Shown piece after piece: positions 18,560 through 29,292 of a stretch of 64,000 nucleotides of DNA. Below the pieces are notes generated by a model. It was not told the DNA's origin, ran no database searches, and saw nothing but the letters and a program-made list of their open reading frames with translations. Every line of letters begins with the position of its first letter. Position 1 is the first letter of the stretch. The DNA comes from an uncultured Veillonellaceae bacterium. GTDB lineage: Bacteria; Bacillota; Negativicutes; JARBTT01. The position numbers were made by a program, and so were the translations under genes. The stretch is from positions 1,280,001 to 1,344,000 of the forward strand of contig CAWDTA010000002.1 of assembly GCA_963805085.1 (NCBI GenBank). Direction: 5' to 3'.

Positions 18560-21500
18560 AACCGTTAATGCTCAAGATCAGTGCTTTTGGCCCTTATGCG
18601 GATGAAGTTGTTTTAGATTTTAGTGCACTTGAGGGACGGACTTTCTTTCTGATTCATGGACCGACTGGTTCGGGAAAAACGACGATTTTAGACGCGATGT
18701 GTTTTGCTCTTTATGGTGATACGAGTGGGAATGTCCGCGATAGCAAATCGGTACGCAGTGATCATGCCGAGCTTGCCATTGCCACTGAAGTGGAATTTAC
18801 CTTTGCGATTGGGGAAACAAACTATAGAGTAAAACGTAGCCCCGAGCAACTTCGCCCGAAAAAACGTGGCGATGGGACGACGCTGCAAAGTGCCGAGGCC
18901 GAGCTCTGGAAGTTAGCTGAAACAGAAGAAGCCTTACTCACCACGGGGTATAGTGATGTCATCAAACAGGTAGAAACCTTACTGGGCTTTAAGAGTAGTC
19001 AATTTCGGCAAGTGGTGCTCCTACCACAAGGCGATTTTCGAAAATTACTCACGGCAAATTCTGCCGAACGGCAAGAAATCATGCAAACGCTGTTTAAGAC
19101 AGAACTTTACCGAAAAATTGAAGAACATTTGAATAGTAAATATAAACAAACCAAGCAAAATGGTGAAGAACTTACCAAAGAGCGCAATTGGGTACTGAGC
19201 GACGCAAGCGTTGAGACACTAGAGGAATTGCTCGAACAAATCAAAGTAAATCAGGCTAGTTTAGCCGATAAAAATAAAGAACTGCTCAAGTTGAAAATAG
19301 CAGTGGAACAAGCACAAAAACAGGTTAGCAATGGAAAAATCATTGTCAATAAATTTAACGAATTAACAGATGCAAAAAACAAATTGACAGAGTTAGAAGA
19401 AAAAGTCGACACAGTTAAAGTTGGTCGAGTAACGCTAGAAAAAGCTAAGAATGCCGCTACCCTAATGGATGCAGAAAAGCAACTATTGCAATTAGAAACC
19501 GATCAAAAACAATATATTGAATTACAAACAAAACAGCAGAATCAAGTGTTAAGTTTAGTAAGTAAGTTGAAATTAGCCGAAGAAAAATTAAAACTAGAAC
19601 TGGCAAAAGAAGCTGAACGCGAAGCTGTTGCCAATGAGGTAATCAAGCTTGGCGAGATTACGGACAAGGTTAAAGCCTTGGTACAAGCGGAAGCGGAAAC
19701 TCTGCAGTGTCAGAAAATCGTACAGCAATCGTTGGCACTAAAAACAACAGGGCAAGAAGTACTAGCGCAAACAAAAATGACGCTGCAAGCGAAACTAGAG
19801 CAAGAAGAAACGTTAAAACTACAAGCAAGTAAATTGACCAGCAGTAAAATTGAGCTTGAGCATGCCAAACGAATTGCGCAAAAACGTGAAGAGATAGAAG
19901 TACTGGGCAAGGATGCTGTGATTGCCAAGCAAAACTTAACGCGGGAAGAAAATAAACTAGTAACATTGCAAGAAAACTATGTGACGATGCAAAGTACGTT
20001 AAGTAAGTTGCAATATCTATTCGCAGCTGGACAAGCGGCTGTCTTAGCGAGTGATTTAGAAGAAAATGCACCTTGTCCTGTTTGTGGCTCGACCTCACAT
20101 CCGAAGTTAGCAGTGCCGACAGATCGTTTGCCGAGTGAAACAGAAATAAAAAAAGTACAAGACCATCTAGGCGAACTTGATCAAGCGCGCAGTAAAGCGC
20201 AAACGCTAGTGAATAGCTGCAGAACAACTACGCAGACCATCCTCAATCGCATTGCCGATATGCAAGGGGAATTGGGTGAAGCGCACCAAGCACAGGTAAG
20301 CGAGCTCCTGACTAAGGTTGTAGAATTAGAAAAGTTATGTCAACAAGCGCAAACTGCGGGTGAGGGATTAGGGATACTCAGTAAAGAGATTGCCACTTTA
20401 AAGGAAACCGAGCAGAAGCAAACCTTGGCGCAAGAAAGATGTGAGGAAACTTGGCGACTGGCGGATAGTGCACTTCGTCAAAAGCAAGCGGTTGTCGTAG
20501 AACGGCAAGCCTTAGTGCCAGAGGAGTATCGTAACAGCGAAGCCTTGGCAGTAGCGCAAGAACGAATGCTGGCGAAGCAACAGGCATTAAAAGCTAGTTT
20601 TGAAGCGGCACAAACTGCGGTGAAAGAATTCCAGCAGCAGGTTGCGGTTGCGCAGACGAGTTTTGCCAGCACGAAAGAACAATTGGAAAATACGCAGGCG
20701 CGCTATCAAAGAGAGGAAGAACTTTTCAAGGAGCGTCTAGAGCAAGCAACGTTTGCATCACTAGAGGAATATCGCGGTGCAAAGAAATCGACCGATTATA
20801 TCGAAAAGTTAGCAGAACGAATCGGACTATTTGATACAAATATGAATAGTGCCAAAGACCGTTTGCAAAGAGCACAAGCGGCAACGATCGACTTAGTACT
20901 GCCGGAAATGGCAAAGCTAGAGCAAGCCTTAGAAGCAGTGACCAACCAGCACAATCAAGTTTTAACTGAGCAGGTTAAACTCGCAAATCAAGTAGGCAAA
21001 CAAGAAGAGGATCGGAAAAAAATCCAAAAGATCAATGGTGAACTAGACAAACTCGCTGAAGTATATGGACTGATTGGTAAGCTCGCGGAGACGGCAAATG
21101 GTAAAAATGAATACGGTTTAACATTTCAACGGTTTGTTTTGGGATCGTTACTCGAAGATGTGGCTGACGCGGCAAATATGCGCTTAAAAATGATGAGTCG
21201 GGGACGTTATTTGCTCCAGCGAACGATGGATCGTGCGCGTAAAAATTCCGCTGGCGGTTTAGAACTCGAAGTGCTGGATAATTATACTGGTATCGCACGT
21301 GGTGTAGGAACGTTGTCGGGGGGCGAAACCTTCTTGGCTTCTTTATCCTTGGCTTTAGGTCTGGCTGATGTGGTGCAAAGTTACGCCGGCGGTATCCACC
21401 TCGATACCATTCTTGTCGACGAAGGGTTTGGCACACTAGATCCAGAGGCCTTAGATATGGCGATCAGAGCGTTGATTGATCTCCAAAAGGGCGGTAGACT

Positions 21501-21606
21501 CGTCGGGATCATTTCCCATGTACCAGAACTTAAAGAGCGTATTGATGCACGCTTAGAAGTAAGTACAAGCAAACATGGCAGCAGTGCACAATTTAAGGTA
21601 GGATAG
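18556..21606 (+). CDS. sbcC: Exonuclease SbcCD subunit C (SMC-like ATPase)
   Basis: Walker A GPTGSGKT, LPQGDF, zinc-hook CPVCGS, LSGGE signature and DEGFGTLD. Confidence 0.96.
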   Translation: MKPLMLKISAFGPYADEVVLDFSALEGRTFFLIHGPTGSGKTTILDAMCFALYGDTSGNVRDSKSVRSDHAELAIATEVEFTFAIGETNYRVKRSPEQLRPKKRGDGTTLQSAEAELWKLAETEEALLTTGYSDVIKQVETLLGFKSSQFRQVVLLPQGDFRKLLTANSAERQEIMQTLFKTELYRKIEEHLNSKYKQTKQNGEELTKERNWVLSDASVETLEELLEQIKVNQASLADKNKELLKLKIAVEQAQKQVSNGKIIVNKFNELTDAKNKLTELEEKVDTVKVGRVTLEKAKNAATLMDAEKQLLQLETDQKQYIELQTKQQNQVLSLVSKLKLAEEKLKLELAKEAEREAVANEVIKLGEITDKVKALVQAEAETLQCQKIVQQSLALKTTGQEVLAQTKMTLQAKLEQEETLKLQASKLTSSKIELEHAKRIAQKREEIEVLGKDAVIAKQNLTREENKLVTLQENYVTMQSTLSKLQYLFAAGQAAVLASDLEENAPCPVCGSTSHPKLAVPTDRLPSETEIKKVQDHLGELDQARSKAQTLVNSCRTTTQTILNRIADMQGELGEAHQAQVSELLTKVVELEKLCQQAQTAGEGLGILSKEIATLKETEQKQTLAQERCEETWRLADSALRQKQAVVVERQALVPEEYRNSEALAVAQERMLAKQQALKASFEAAQTAVKEFQQQVAVAQTSFASTKEQLENTQARYQREEELFKERLEQATFASLEEYRGAKKSTDYIEKLAERIGLFDTNMNSAKDRLQRAQAATIDLVLPEMAKLEQALEAVTNQHNQVLTEQVKLANQVGKQEEDRKKIQKINGELDKLAEVYGLIGKLAETANGKNEYGLTFQRFVLGSLLEDVADAANMRLKMMSRGRYLLQRTMDRARKNSAGGLELEVLDNYTGIARGVGTLSGGETFLASLSLALGLADVVQSYAGGIHLDTILVDEGFGTLDPEALDMAIRALIDLQKGGRLVGIISHVPELKERIDARLEVSTSKHGSSAQFKVG

Positions 21607-21617
21607 GGGGCAGTTTC

Positions 21618-24600
21618 ATGGCACTAAAATTAATATATGGACGTGCTGGCACTGGCAAAACTGAGTATTGTTTAGATGAAATTCGCCAGCGTTTGCGTCA
21701 ATCACCAGAGGGGGATTCGCTCATTATGCTGCTGCCAGAGCATGAGACGTTTAAAGTAGAAAAACTGCTGGCCAATACACCTGAATTAGGGGGATTTACA
21801 CGTAGCTATATCTTTGGGTTTCGTCGCTTTGCACATCGTGTCCTGATGGAAACTGGCGGTGCACTTCGCCCTCAGATTACGGAGCTTGGGAAAAGACTGC
21901 TACTAACCAAGGTGCTTAGTGAACATAAAAAAGACTTGAAATCACTTGGCAGAGCGGCAAAACAACGAAACTTTGCCGATACGCTAGCAACTATGATCGA
22001 AGAATTTAAATCGTATGGCATTCAAAGTGAAGAGCTGAGTAGGGCAGTTTCTGACATGGAGGATTCACCACTCAAAGATAAATTGCAGGATTTGGCGCTT
22101 GTGTACCAAGGTTTTGCCGCGGGGATGGCAGGACATTATACCGATGCGGAAGATTGTCTGAACCTGCTGGCTAAGCGGCTAGCAACGTCAAGCATTGTGC
22201 AAAATTCTCAGATATGGATTGATGGGTTTCGCTGGTTCAATCCGCAGGAAACAGCGATTATCACCAGTCTGCTCAATACGACAGCTGATGTGACAATTAC
22301 GCTTTGTATTGATGATGTTGAAAACCAAGAACATCAAATAGAAACTTCACTGTTTTACCGACAATGGCAAACTGGGCAGAAGTTACTCGAACTTGCCAAA
22401 AAATTAAACATTCCTGTCGTCGAAAAAGAATTAACAGAAAATTATCGATTTGCTGATGCGGTAAGTCTTCAACATATTGAACAAAATTTCTATCGTTTCC
22501 CGATTCGGGTGATCAACGAAAATGAAGGAATACATCTCGTTGAAGCGGCAAATCGTCGTTTAGAAGTAGAAGGAATTGCGGTTGATATCATTCGGCTTTG
22601 TCGCGAAGAAAAGTATGCCTGGCGTGACATTGCCATTTTAGTGCGCGACCAGGAGAATTATGCCGATCTGTTAAGCGTGGTGCTAGCGGATTATGGGATT
22701 CCGTTTTTTAGTGATAGCAAACGGCACAGCGTTCACCATCCGTTAGCGGAATTGTTACGCTCGGCACTAGAGGCAATCAATGGATGGAAATATGAGCCGC
22801 TGTTTCGTTGCTTTAAAACTGATTTCTTTGGCGCCAGCCGCAGTCAGATTGATGTATTAGAAAACTATGTTTTACAGTTTGGTATTCGTGGGAATCGTTG
22901 GACGATGCCAGAGGACTGGAAATTTGTGAAGCGTTTGTCTTTAGATGAAGACAGTGAGCTAGATGAAAAAGCAACGGAACAGTTGGCAAAGCTCAACGAA
23001 GTTCGCTGGCAAGTCATTGCGCCTTTACTTCGTTTTGAAAAACGAATCCACAAGGCGAGTACAGTTACGGAGCTGACAACAGCCTTGTACAATTTATTGG
23101 TAGACCTAGATGTGCCACAGCAACTAGAAAAATGGGCCTTTGCGGCAGAATCGCAAGGCTATTTAGATGAAGCACGTGAGCATCAGCAAATGTGGGATAG
23201 TGTTATTGTATTATTTGAACAAATGGTGGAAACCTGTGGCGAAGAAACAATGAAGTTAGAAGACTATGAAGCGATTATCAACGATGGTTTAGAAGGGTTA
23301 AAGCTTAGCTTAATTCCGCCGGGATTAGATTATGTAACAATTGCATCGCTGGATCAAAATAGTGTATCGGGCAGTAAGGCAATCTATATTGTCGGTGCAA
23401 ATGAAGGTGTATTGCCTAAACGCAGTCGGAGTGAAGGACTGCTTACTGATGCAGAAAGGGTGCAGATGGCAAGTATTGGCCTAGAATTATCGCCTGGCGC
23501 CAGTGCGGATAATTTTGCCGAACGCTTTTTACTGTATAGTGCGATGACTAGAGCGAGTCGGTATCTTTGGATTAGTTATCCTTTGGCAGATAGTGAAGGC
23601 AGTGGACTCGGTCCATCTTCGATCATTAGTCGTTTGCGCGAAATGCTCTGCATCCAGCAAATACAGAGTATCCCGCTCGAAATAGCAGCAGGAACGGAGC
23701 ATGGAATCATTGCTGAGCCTCGCCAAGCGTTATCTCATTTATTAGGGGCATTTCGCCAGTATCAGCAGAAGAAACAGCTGAGTCCGATTTGGCAAGATGT
23801 TTATAATTGGTCATTGCTCGATGAATCCATAAGGCCACTCTTAAAAACGATTTTAGCTGGCTTGTTTCACCGAGATAACGTTGAACCGTTACCACCAGAA
23901 TTGGCGGGGAAACTGTATACGATCAATAAACGTTTACGTGGTAGTGTAACGCGTTTTGAACGGTTTAAAGCCTGTCCGTTTCAGCATTTTGCTCAGTACG
24001 GTCTTAGTTTAAAAGAACGCGCGGAGTTTCGTCTTCAAGCACCTGATTTAGGGCAATTTTTACATGCTGCGTTGAAAAATTTTGGCGAACGTATGGAAAC
24101 GGAAAATCGGACTTGGGGTAGTGTGGGCGATGAAGAATACAAAGCAATCTGTACGGAAATCGTCGATGATTTGGCACCGAAACTGCAAAATGAAATTCTC
24201 CTTAGCTCCAATCAGCATAAACATTTGCTGGGTAGAATCAAACGAACCGTCGAACGCTCCATTCAACGGTTAATCGAGTTTGATCGAGTGAGTGAATTTA
24301 GCCCAGTTGGTTTGGAAAAGTCGTTTGGACGTGGGAAAGATGCGCTGCCACCACTTGAATATGCCTTAGAGAATGGCTATCGTCTAGAAATCAGTGGACA
24401 GATTGACCGAATCGATAGCATAACGCATGAGGGCAAACGCTATTTTCTCGTCATTGATTATAAATCGGGGAATGCCTATATCAATTTAATTGATGTGTAT
24501 TATGGACTCAAATTGCAACTCTTAACGTATTTACTAGTAGCACAGAATTCTGCCAAGGAGATGCTCGGAGAGGCAGCCTTGCCAGCAGGGATTCTCTACT

Positions 24601-25052
24601 ATTTCTTAAAAAATCCGCATATTACGGCAAATGCAAAACTATCAGAAGCAAAAGTAATGGCAGAAATCAATAAAAAGCTTAAAATGCCAGGCTGGGTATT
24701 AGCGGATGCCGATATGGTGCAAAAGATTGATAGCTCCTTCAACTTTATCAAAGTTGCTCTTACGGCAAAAGGAACGATCAATGCATCGACAAAAAATAGT
24801 GTAAAGACCGAGGAAGAGTTTTTTGCTTTGCTCCATTATATGGATGAAGTGCTCATGGCTACAGGTAAGCAAATCTTACAAGGTGATGTTGCGGTGAGTC
24901 CGTATGAATTGGATGCAAAACAAGCTTGTACTTTTTGCCAGTATCATTCGTTTTGTCAATTTGATCGCCTACTAGCAGACCATGAATATCGAAAATTGGC
25001 GAAGCTCGATAATGAAACGATGATGCAGAATTTATTAGCGGGGGTGAAATAA
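21618..25052 (+). CDS. addB: ATP-dependent helicase/nuclease subunit B
   Basis: GRAGTGKT, IDGF..F, CPFQHF, GQIDRID...IDYKSG nuclease motif and C-terminal Fe-S cysteines CTFC...C. Confidence 0.96.
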   Translation: MALKLIYGRAGTGKTEYCLDEIRQRLRQSPEGDSLIMLLPEHETFKVEKLLANTPELGGFTRSYIFGFRRFAHRVLMETGGALRPQITELGKRLLLTKVLSEHKKDLKSLGRAAKQRNFADTLATMIEEFKSYGIQSEELSRAVSDMEDSPLKDKLQDLALVYQGFAAGMAGHYTDAEDCLNLLAKRLATSSIVQNSQIWIDGFRWFNPQETAIITSLLNTTADVTITLCIDDVENQEHQIETSLFYRQWQTGQKLLELAKKLNIPVVEKELTENYRFADAVSLQHIEQNFYRFPIRVINENEGIHLVEAANRRLEVEGIAVDIIRLCREEKYAWRDIAILVRDQENYADLLSVVLADYGIPFFSDSKRHSVHHPLAELLRSALEAINGWKYEPLFRCFKTDFFGASRSQIDVLENYVLQFGIRGNRWTMPEDWKFVKRLSLDEDSELDEKATEQLAKLNEVRWQVIAPLLRFEKRIHKASTVTELTTALYNLLVDLDVPQQLEKWAFAAESQGYLDEAREHQQMWDSVIVLFEQMVETCGEETMKLEDYEAIINDGLEGLKLSLIPPGLDYVTIASLDQNSVSGSKAIYIVGANEGVLPKRSRSEGLLTDAERVQMASIGLELSPGASADNFAERFLLYSAMTRASRYLWISYPLADSEGSGLGPSSIISRLREMLCIQQIQSIPLEIAAGTEHGIIAEPRQALSHLLGAFRQYQQKKQLSPIWQDVYNWSLLDESIRPLLKTILAGLFHRDNVEPLPPELAGKLYTINKRLRGSVTRFERFKACPFQHFAQYGLSLKERAEFRLQAPDLGQFLHAALKNFGERMETENRTWGSVGDEEYKAICTEIVDDLAPKLQNEILLSSNQHKHLLGRIKRTVERSIQRLIEFDRVSEFSPVGLEKSFGRGKDALPPLEYALENGYRLEISGQIDRIDSITHEGKRYFLVIDYKSGNAYINLIDVYYGLKLQLLTYLLVAQNSAKEMLGEAALPAGILYYFLKNPHITANAKLSEAKVMAEINKKLKMPGWVLADADMVQKIDSSFNFIKVALTAKGTINASTKNSVKTEEEFFALLHYMDEVLMATGKQILQGDVAVSPYELDAKQACTFCQYHSFCQFDRLLADHEYRKLAKLDNETMMQNLLAGVK

Positions 25053-28000
25053 TGGCATGGTCAGAAGCACAACTGCAAGCGATTACCACGTACAATAAAA
25101 ACTTACTAGTTGCCGCGGCGGCAGGTTCAGGAAAAACCTCAGTATTGGTAGAGCGTATTATCAGACGATTATTAGATGAAAAGCAAAAGTTTAACATTGA
25201 TAAAGTTCTAGTCGTTACCTTTACAAATGCGGCAGCAGCGGAAATGCGGGAGCGGATCGGCAATGCCATTAGCAAAGCGTTAAAAGAACGTCCTAAGTCG
25301 CGCCATTTAGAGAGGCAATTGGTGCTGCTCAATGCTGCTTCGATTTCGACGATTCATGCATTTTGTCAAAATGTCATTCGCCAAAACTTTCATCTGCTGG
25401 ATATCGATCCAAAATTTCGTCTAGCCAATGAGCAAGAAACTAACTTACTCAAACAGGATGTATTAGAAACGTTGTTTGAAGAAAAATACACGGATGCAGA
25501 TGCAGATTTTTTAACCTTTGTGGACCATTATGGTAACGAACGTAGTGATGAAGAGCTCTATGAAATTATTTTAGATTTGTATAAATTTTCTTGTAGCCAA
25601 CCGTATCCGCGCGTTTGGCTCGAACGATTGAAAGATAGTTTTGCGCTGGCGGAAGATACTGATATTGATACGACTGTGTGGGCGAAACTCATTCGGCAGC
25701 AGCTAGAATTGGCGTTATTAGAATGTCAGCATCTCCTCGATGAAATGATTCTGAATGCCCAGCAAATTGACTTTGATTTTTATGTGCCAACCTTTGAGGC
25801 TGATCGCGGGCTGATTGATAGCTTGGCAAAATTGCTGGAGGCACCGTGGGACGAGTTGCAAAAAGAGATGTACGCTGTTAAATTTAGTGCGATGGCACGA
25901 GCGCCTAAAGAAACAGATGAAGCGCTAAAAAAAATATTTAGTGATAAACGTGGTAAAGTAAAAAAAATCATTACTACACTGAAAGACAATTATTTTACGA
26001 TCACAGGTGCAGAACAAATTGCTGATCTCATCCAGGTTGAGCCGATGATGGCTGCAATCTGCCAATTGACCATTCAGTTTGCTGAAAGTTTTGCCGCGGC
26101 GAAACGCACCAAGGCGATTGCTGATTTTAATGATCTAGAACATTTTTGTTTGAAAATCCTATTGCATGAAGAAGCTACGCCAGAAAATGCCCAGCCATCC
26201 GCTGTTGCGAAAGCCTTGCAAGAAAAATACGAGGAAGTTATGGTTGATGAATATCAAGATACCAATGGGGTACAAGAAGCAATCATATCGCTAGTGCGCA
26301 AAGCAGAAAAACCAAACTTATTCCTCGTAGGGGATGTCAAACAAAGCGTGTATCGTTTCCGCTTGGCTGAACCAGAGCTATTCCTCGAAAAGTATCGTAA
26401 CTACCCTAAAAGCGGGGAATCGTTTGCCCGCATTGATTTGGCGCAAAACTTTCGGAGTCGCGGAGAAATCCTAGCGGCAATTAATTTTTTGTTTTGTCAA
26501 TTGATGTCGCCCAAAGTTGCCGAACTGAGCTATGGCGAACCGGAAAAATTAAATCCGGGGACGGGGTATGTAGAGACGCAGCAAAAGCTTGTTGCCGGGG
26601 CAGTCGAGCTAAGTATTATTGATCGTGATAGCTGTGAAAGTGAAGATTTTCATGAGCAAGACAGCGAAATGCAGACCGCTGATAACCCGCAAGAGGAAGA
26701 AGAGCTCTCTGGTTTCGCGTTAGAGGCAACGTTTATCGGACAAAGAATACAAACGCTGATGGACGAGGCTGCTTATGTTTTTGATAAAGAGACGAAGAAC
26801 TATCGACTCCTTGCTTGGCGTGATATCGTCATTCTTTTACGCTCAGTAAAAAATAAAGCCAATGTATTATTAGAAACACTTCGTAATGCAAATATTCCTT
26901 CCTATGCCAATGTAGATTCTGGCTACTTTCAGGAAATTGAAATTCAAATCATGCTCGCTTTGTTACATGTGATTGACAATCCATACCAAGACATTCCGCT
27001 CGCCAGTGTACTACATTCACCGATTGTCGGACTATCGACGATAGAACTTGCCGAAATCAGGCTAACATTACCACAGGCTGAATTATGGTCGGCTGTTATT
27101 AAGGCAAATGCAGTAGAAACTGAGTTAAACGCTGAGATTAAGGCAAAATTAAGCCATTTTATCGCGCAGGTTAACGAATGGCGTAATTTGGCAAGGCGGA
27201 AGAGTGTTCCTGAACTCATTTGGCAATTGTTCCGTGATACCGGCTATTATGATTACGTTGGTGGTATGCCGGGAGGGATGCTGAGACAAGCAAATTTGCG
27301 GATGCTGTATGATCGGGCAGGTCAATATGAGACGACGAACTTTCGGGGGCTATTTAGATTCTTGCGCTTTATTGAGAAGATGCGTGATACGGGGACCGAT
27401 TTGGCGGTAGCGAGAACGCTGGGCGAAAGTGAAAACGTCGTGCGCATTATGAGCATCCATAAAAGTAAAGGGTTAGAGTTTCCCGTAGTGATCGTTGCCG
27501 ATCTTGGCAAACAATTTAATCTCATGGATAGCAAAGGGACGCTACTTATGCATAGGAAGCTAGGCTTAGGCCCTTATGTTACCAATGGTGATTTAGAGTT
27601 CAGATATCCTACAATTGCGCGGCAAGCAATCGCTTATAAAATGAATATGGAAAGTAAAGCAGAAGAGCTGCGGGTATTATATGTTGCGTTAACTAGGGCC
27701 AGAGAAAAATTAATCTTAGTCGGTTCAGTGGCGAAACTTTCGTCAAAAGCCAATGCCTGGTCTCAACATATTGCTTCTAGCAATCGTTTACTGCCCGATT
27801 ATGCGATCGCTGGTGCCAGTACCTATCTCGATTGGGTTTGCCCAGCGGTGGTGCGTCATGCGGATGGAGAAACGCTCTTAAAAGTAGCCGATACGACCCA
27901 AATGCGGATCAATGCCATTCATGAAGACACTTCGCATTGGCAGGTGTCGATCATTCCTGCCAGTGATGTCTTGCGCAATGAAGAATTGAGTGTGGAAGAT

Positions 28001-28759
28001 AATGCATTTATGCAAAAGGTAGGACACTTGCAACCACTTGCAGAAAGTGATGAAAAGGACTGGGTGAAGTCCGTACTTGATTGGCAATATCCTGATATGA
28101 CGACCAAAGAAGTTCCGGCGAAATTATCCGTAACCGAAATGAAACGCCGTTTTGATCTAACGCAGCAAGCCGAAAATCCTAGCGAGACGATTTTTAAGAA
28201 ACCAGTGATCGTTACACGTCCGCGATTTATCCAAGAAAAAACCAAATTAACTGGCGCGGAATATGGCACGTTGATGCATAGTGTCATGCAGCACATCGAC
28301 ATATTTGAGGATGTATCGATGGATGGCTTGAAAGCGCAATTGGCTCGTCTGGTGTTAGAAGAAAAAATCTTGCCTGAACATGCTGAGGTCATCGACTTAA
28401 ATGGCGTACGATCGTTTTTCGCTAGCGATATCGGCAAGCGGATGCTCGCCGCCCATAACATTCGGCGCGAGTTGCCTTTTAGCGTTATGTTGCAAGCGAA
28501 ACGGTTTTATCCGGACATGAAAAATGAGCAGGAACATATTTTTGTGCAAGGGATTATTGATGTTATTTTCGATGAAGGCGAAGAAATGGTCTTAGTTGAT
28601 TATAAGACGGACCACAGCGATAGTGAAGCAGAGCTCACAGAAAAATACGCCTTGCAACTTACGATTTACGCTGAAGCGATTGAGAAAATCCTCAAGAAAA
28701 AAGTAAAAGAAAAATATCTATATTTATTTCATAGTGGAAAATTGCTACAGGTGAAATAG
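25052..28759 (+). CDS. addA: ATP-dependent helicase/nuclease subunit A
   Basis: AAAGSGKT, VTFTNAAA.EM, DEYQDTN, VGDVKQS.YRFR, SIHKSKGLEF, YVALTRA and QGIID...DYKTD. Confidence 0.97.
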   Translation: MAWSEAQLQAITTYNKNLLVAAAAGSGKTSVLVERIIRRLLDEKQKFNIDKVLVVTFTNAAAAEMRERIGNAISKALKERPKSRHLERQLVLLNAASISTIHAFCQNVIRQNFHLLDIDPKFRLANEQETNLLKQDVLETLFEEKYTDADADFLTFVDHYGNERSDEELYEIILDLYKFSCSQPYPRVWLERLKDSFALAEDTDIDTTVWAKLIRQQLELALLECQHLLDEMILNAQQIDFDFYVPTFEADRGLIDSLAKLLEAPWDELQKEMYAVKFSAMARAPKETDEALKKIFSDKRGKVKKIITTLKDNYFTITGAEQIADLIQVEPMMAAICQLTIQFAESFAAAKRTKAIADFNDLEHFCLKILLHEEATPENAQPSAVAKALQEKYEEVMVDEYQDTNGVQEAIISLVRKAEKPNLFLVGDVKQSVYRFRLAEPELFLEKYRNYPKSGESFARIDLAQNFRSRGEILAAINFLFCQLMSPKVAELSYGEPEKLNPGTGYVETQQKLVAGAVELSIIDRDSCESEDFHEQDSEMQTADNPQEEEELSGFALEATFIGQRIQTLMDEAAYVFDKETKNYRLLAWRDIVILLRSVKNKANVLLETLRNANIPSYANVDSGYFQEIEIQIMLALLHVIDNPYQDIPLASVLHSPIVGLSTIELAEIRLTLPQAELWSAVIKANAVETELNAEIKAKLSHFIAQVNEWRNLARRKSVPELIWQLFRDTGYYDYVGGMPGGMLRQANLRMLYDRAGQYETTNFRGLFRFLRFIEKMRDTGTDLAVARTLGESENVVRIMSIHKSKGLEFPVVIVADLGKQFNLMDSKGTLLMHRKLGLGPYVTNGDLEFRYPTIARQAIAYKMNMESKAEELRVLYVALTRAREKLILVGSVAKLSSKANAWSQHIASSNRLLPDYAIAGASTYLDWVCPAVVRHADGETLLKVADTTQMRINAIHEDTSHWQVSIIPASDVLRNEELSVEDNAFMQKVGHLQPLAESDEKDWVKSVLDWQYPDMTTKEVPAKLSVTEMKRRFDLTQQAENPSETIFKKPVIVTRPRFIQEKTKLTGAEYGTLMHSVMQHIDIFEDVSMDGLKAQLARLVLEEKILPEHAEVIDLNGVRSFFASDIGKRMLAAHNIRRELPFSVMLQAKRFYPDMKNEQEHIFVQGIIDVIFDEGEEMVLVDYKTDHSDSEAELTEKYALQLTIYAEAIEKILKKKVKEKYLYLFHSGKLLQVK

Positions 28760-28760
28760 T

Positions 28761-28982
28761 AGGGTGTGTTTCAAAAAACACACTTCAGACTGTAGAAAAA
28801 ATAAAATATTTGTGTCGATGATTTAGAAAATATCTAAATCCGGTCAAATTATAAACTAGTACGAAGATAGACTGCCGGTTGGTGAAAAGTGCTCAGATGC
28901 TAGGAACAGCACCTTGTCGGAGGGCGCAGATGAGTGCTTATCGCCGACCGGCAGTCTGTCTGTCCATAGTAGGTCTACAATC
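28761..28982. mobile_element. MITE/REP-like repeat, family A-related composite copy
   Basis: Same gtgtgtttcaaaaaacacac hairpin and inverted ends cagactgtaga / tctacaatc. Nested long hairpin gatagactgccggttggtga..agtgctcagatgctagg / gcagatgagtgct..tcgccgaccggcagtctgtc. Confidence 0.65.
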
Positions 28983-29032
28983 AAAAAAAAGCGTGAACAA
29001 TATCGCAATCGCGGTACTGCTCACGCTTTTTT
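28983..29032. terminator. Bidirectional terminator (addA vs corA operon)
   Basis: aaaaaagcgtgaaca ... tgctcacgctttttt. Confidence 0.65.
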
Positions 29033-29043
29033 ATGCCCTCAAC

Positions 29044-29274
29044 TTAACAGGTTAGTCTGCCAAATCGAGGATGATTGACTGGTTTTAAGCTAAGTTTGCG
29101 AACTATCGTAACGGCTTCTTTTAAAGGAATATCAATACGATCGGTTTTTGTTTCTAGTACGCAGATGGGATTGTCTACGCCAATTTCGCTGCCTGGCATA
29201 TAGACATATTCTTGATTGATGTTATCACCGTAGATAACACCAGCTTTGAGTTCTGCGGTTACCATTACACTCAT
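29044..29274 (-). CDS. Hypothetical protein (76 aa), likely co-transcribed with corA
   Basis: AGGTG RBS, 18 bp after the corA stop, followed by a terminator. Confidence 0.75.
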   Translation of the reverse strand: MSVMVTAELKAGVIYGDNINQEYVYMPGSEIGVDNPICVLETKTDRIDIPLKEAVTIVRKLSLKPVNHPRFGRLTC

Positions 29275-29292
29275 AAAAAGTTCACCTAATTT

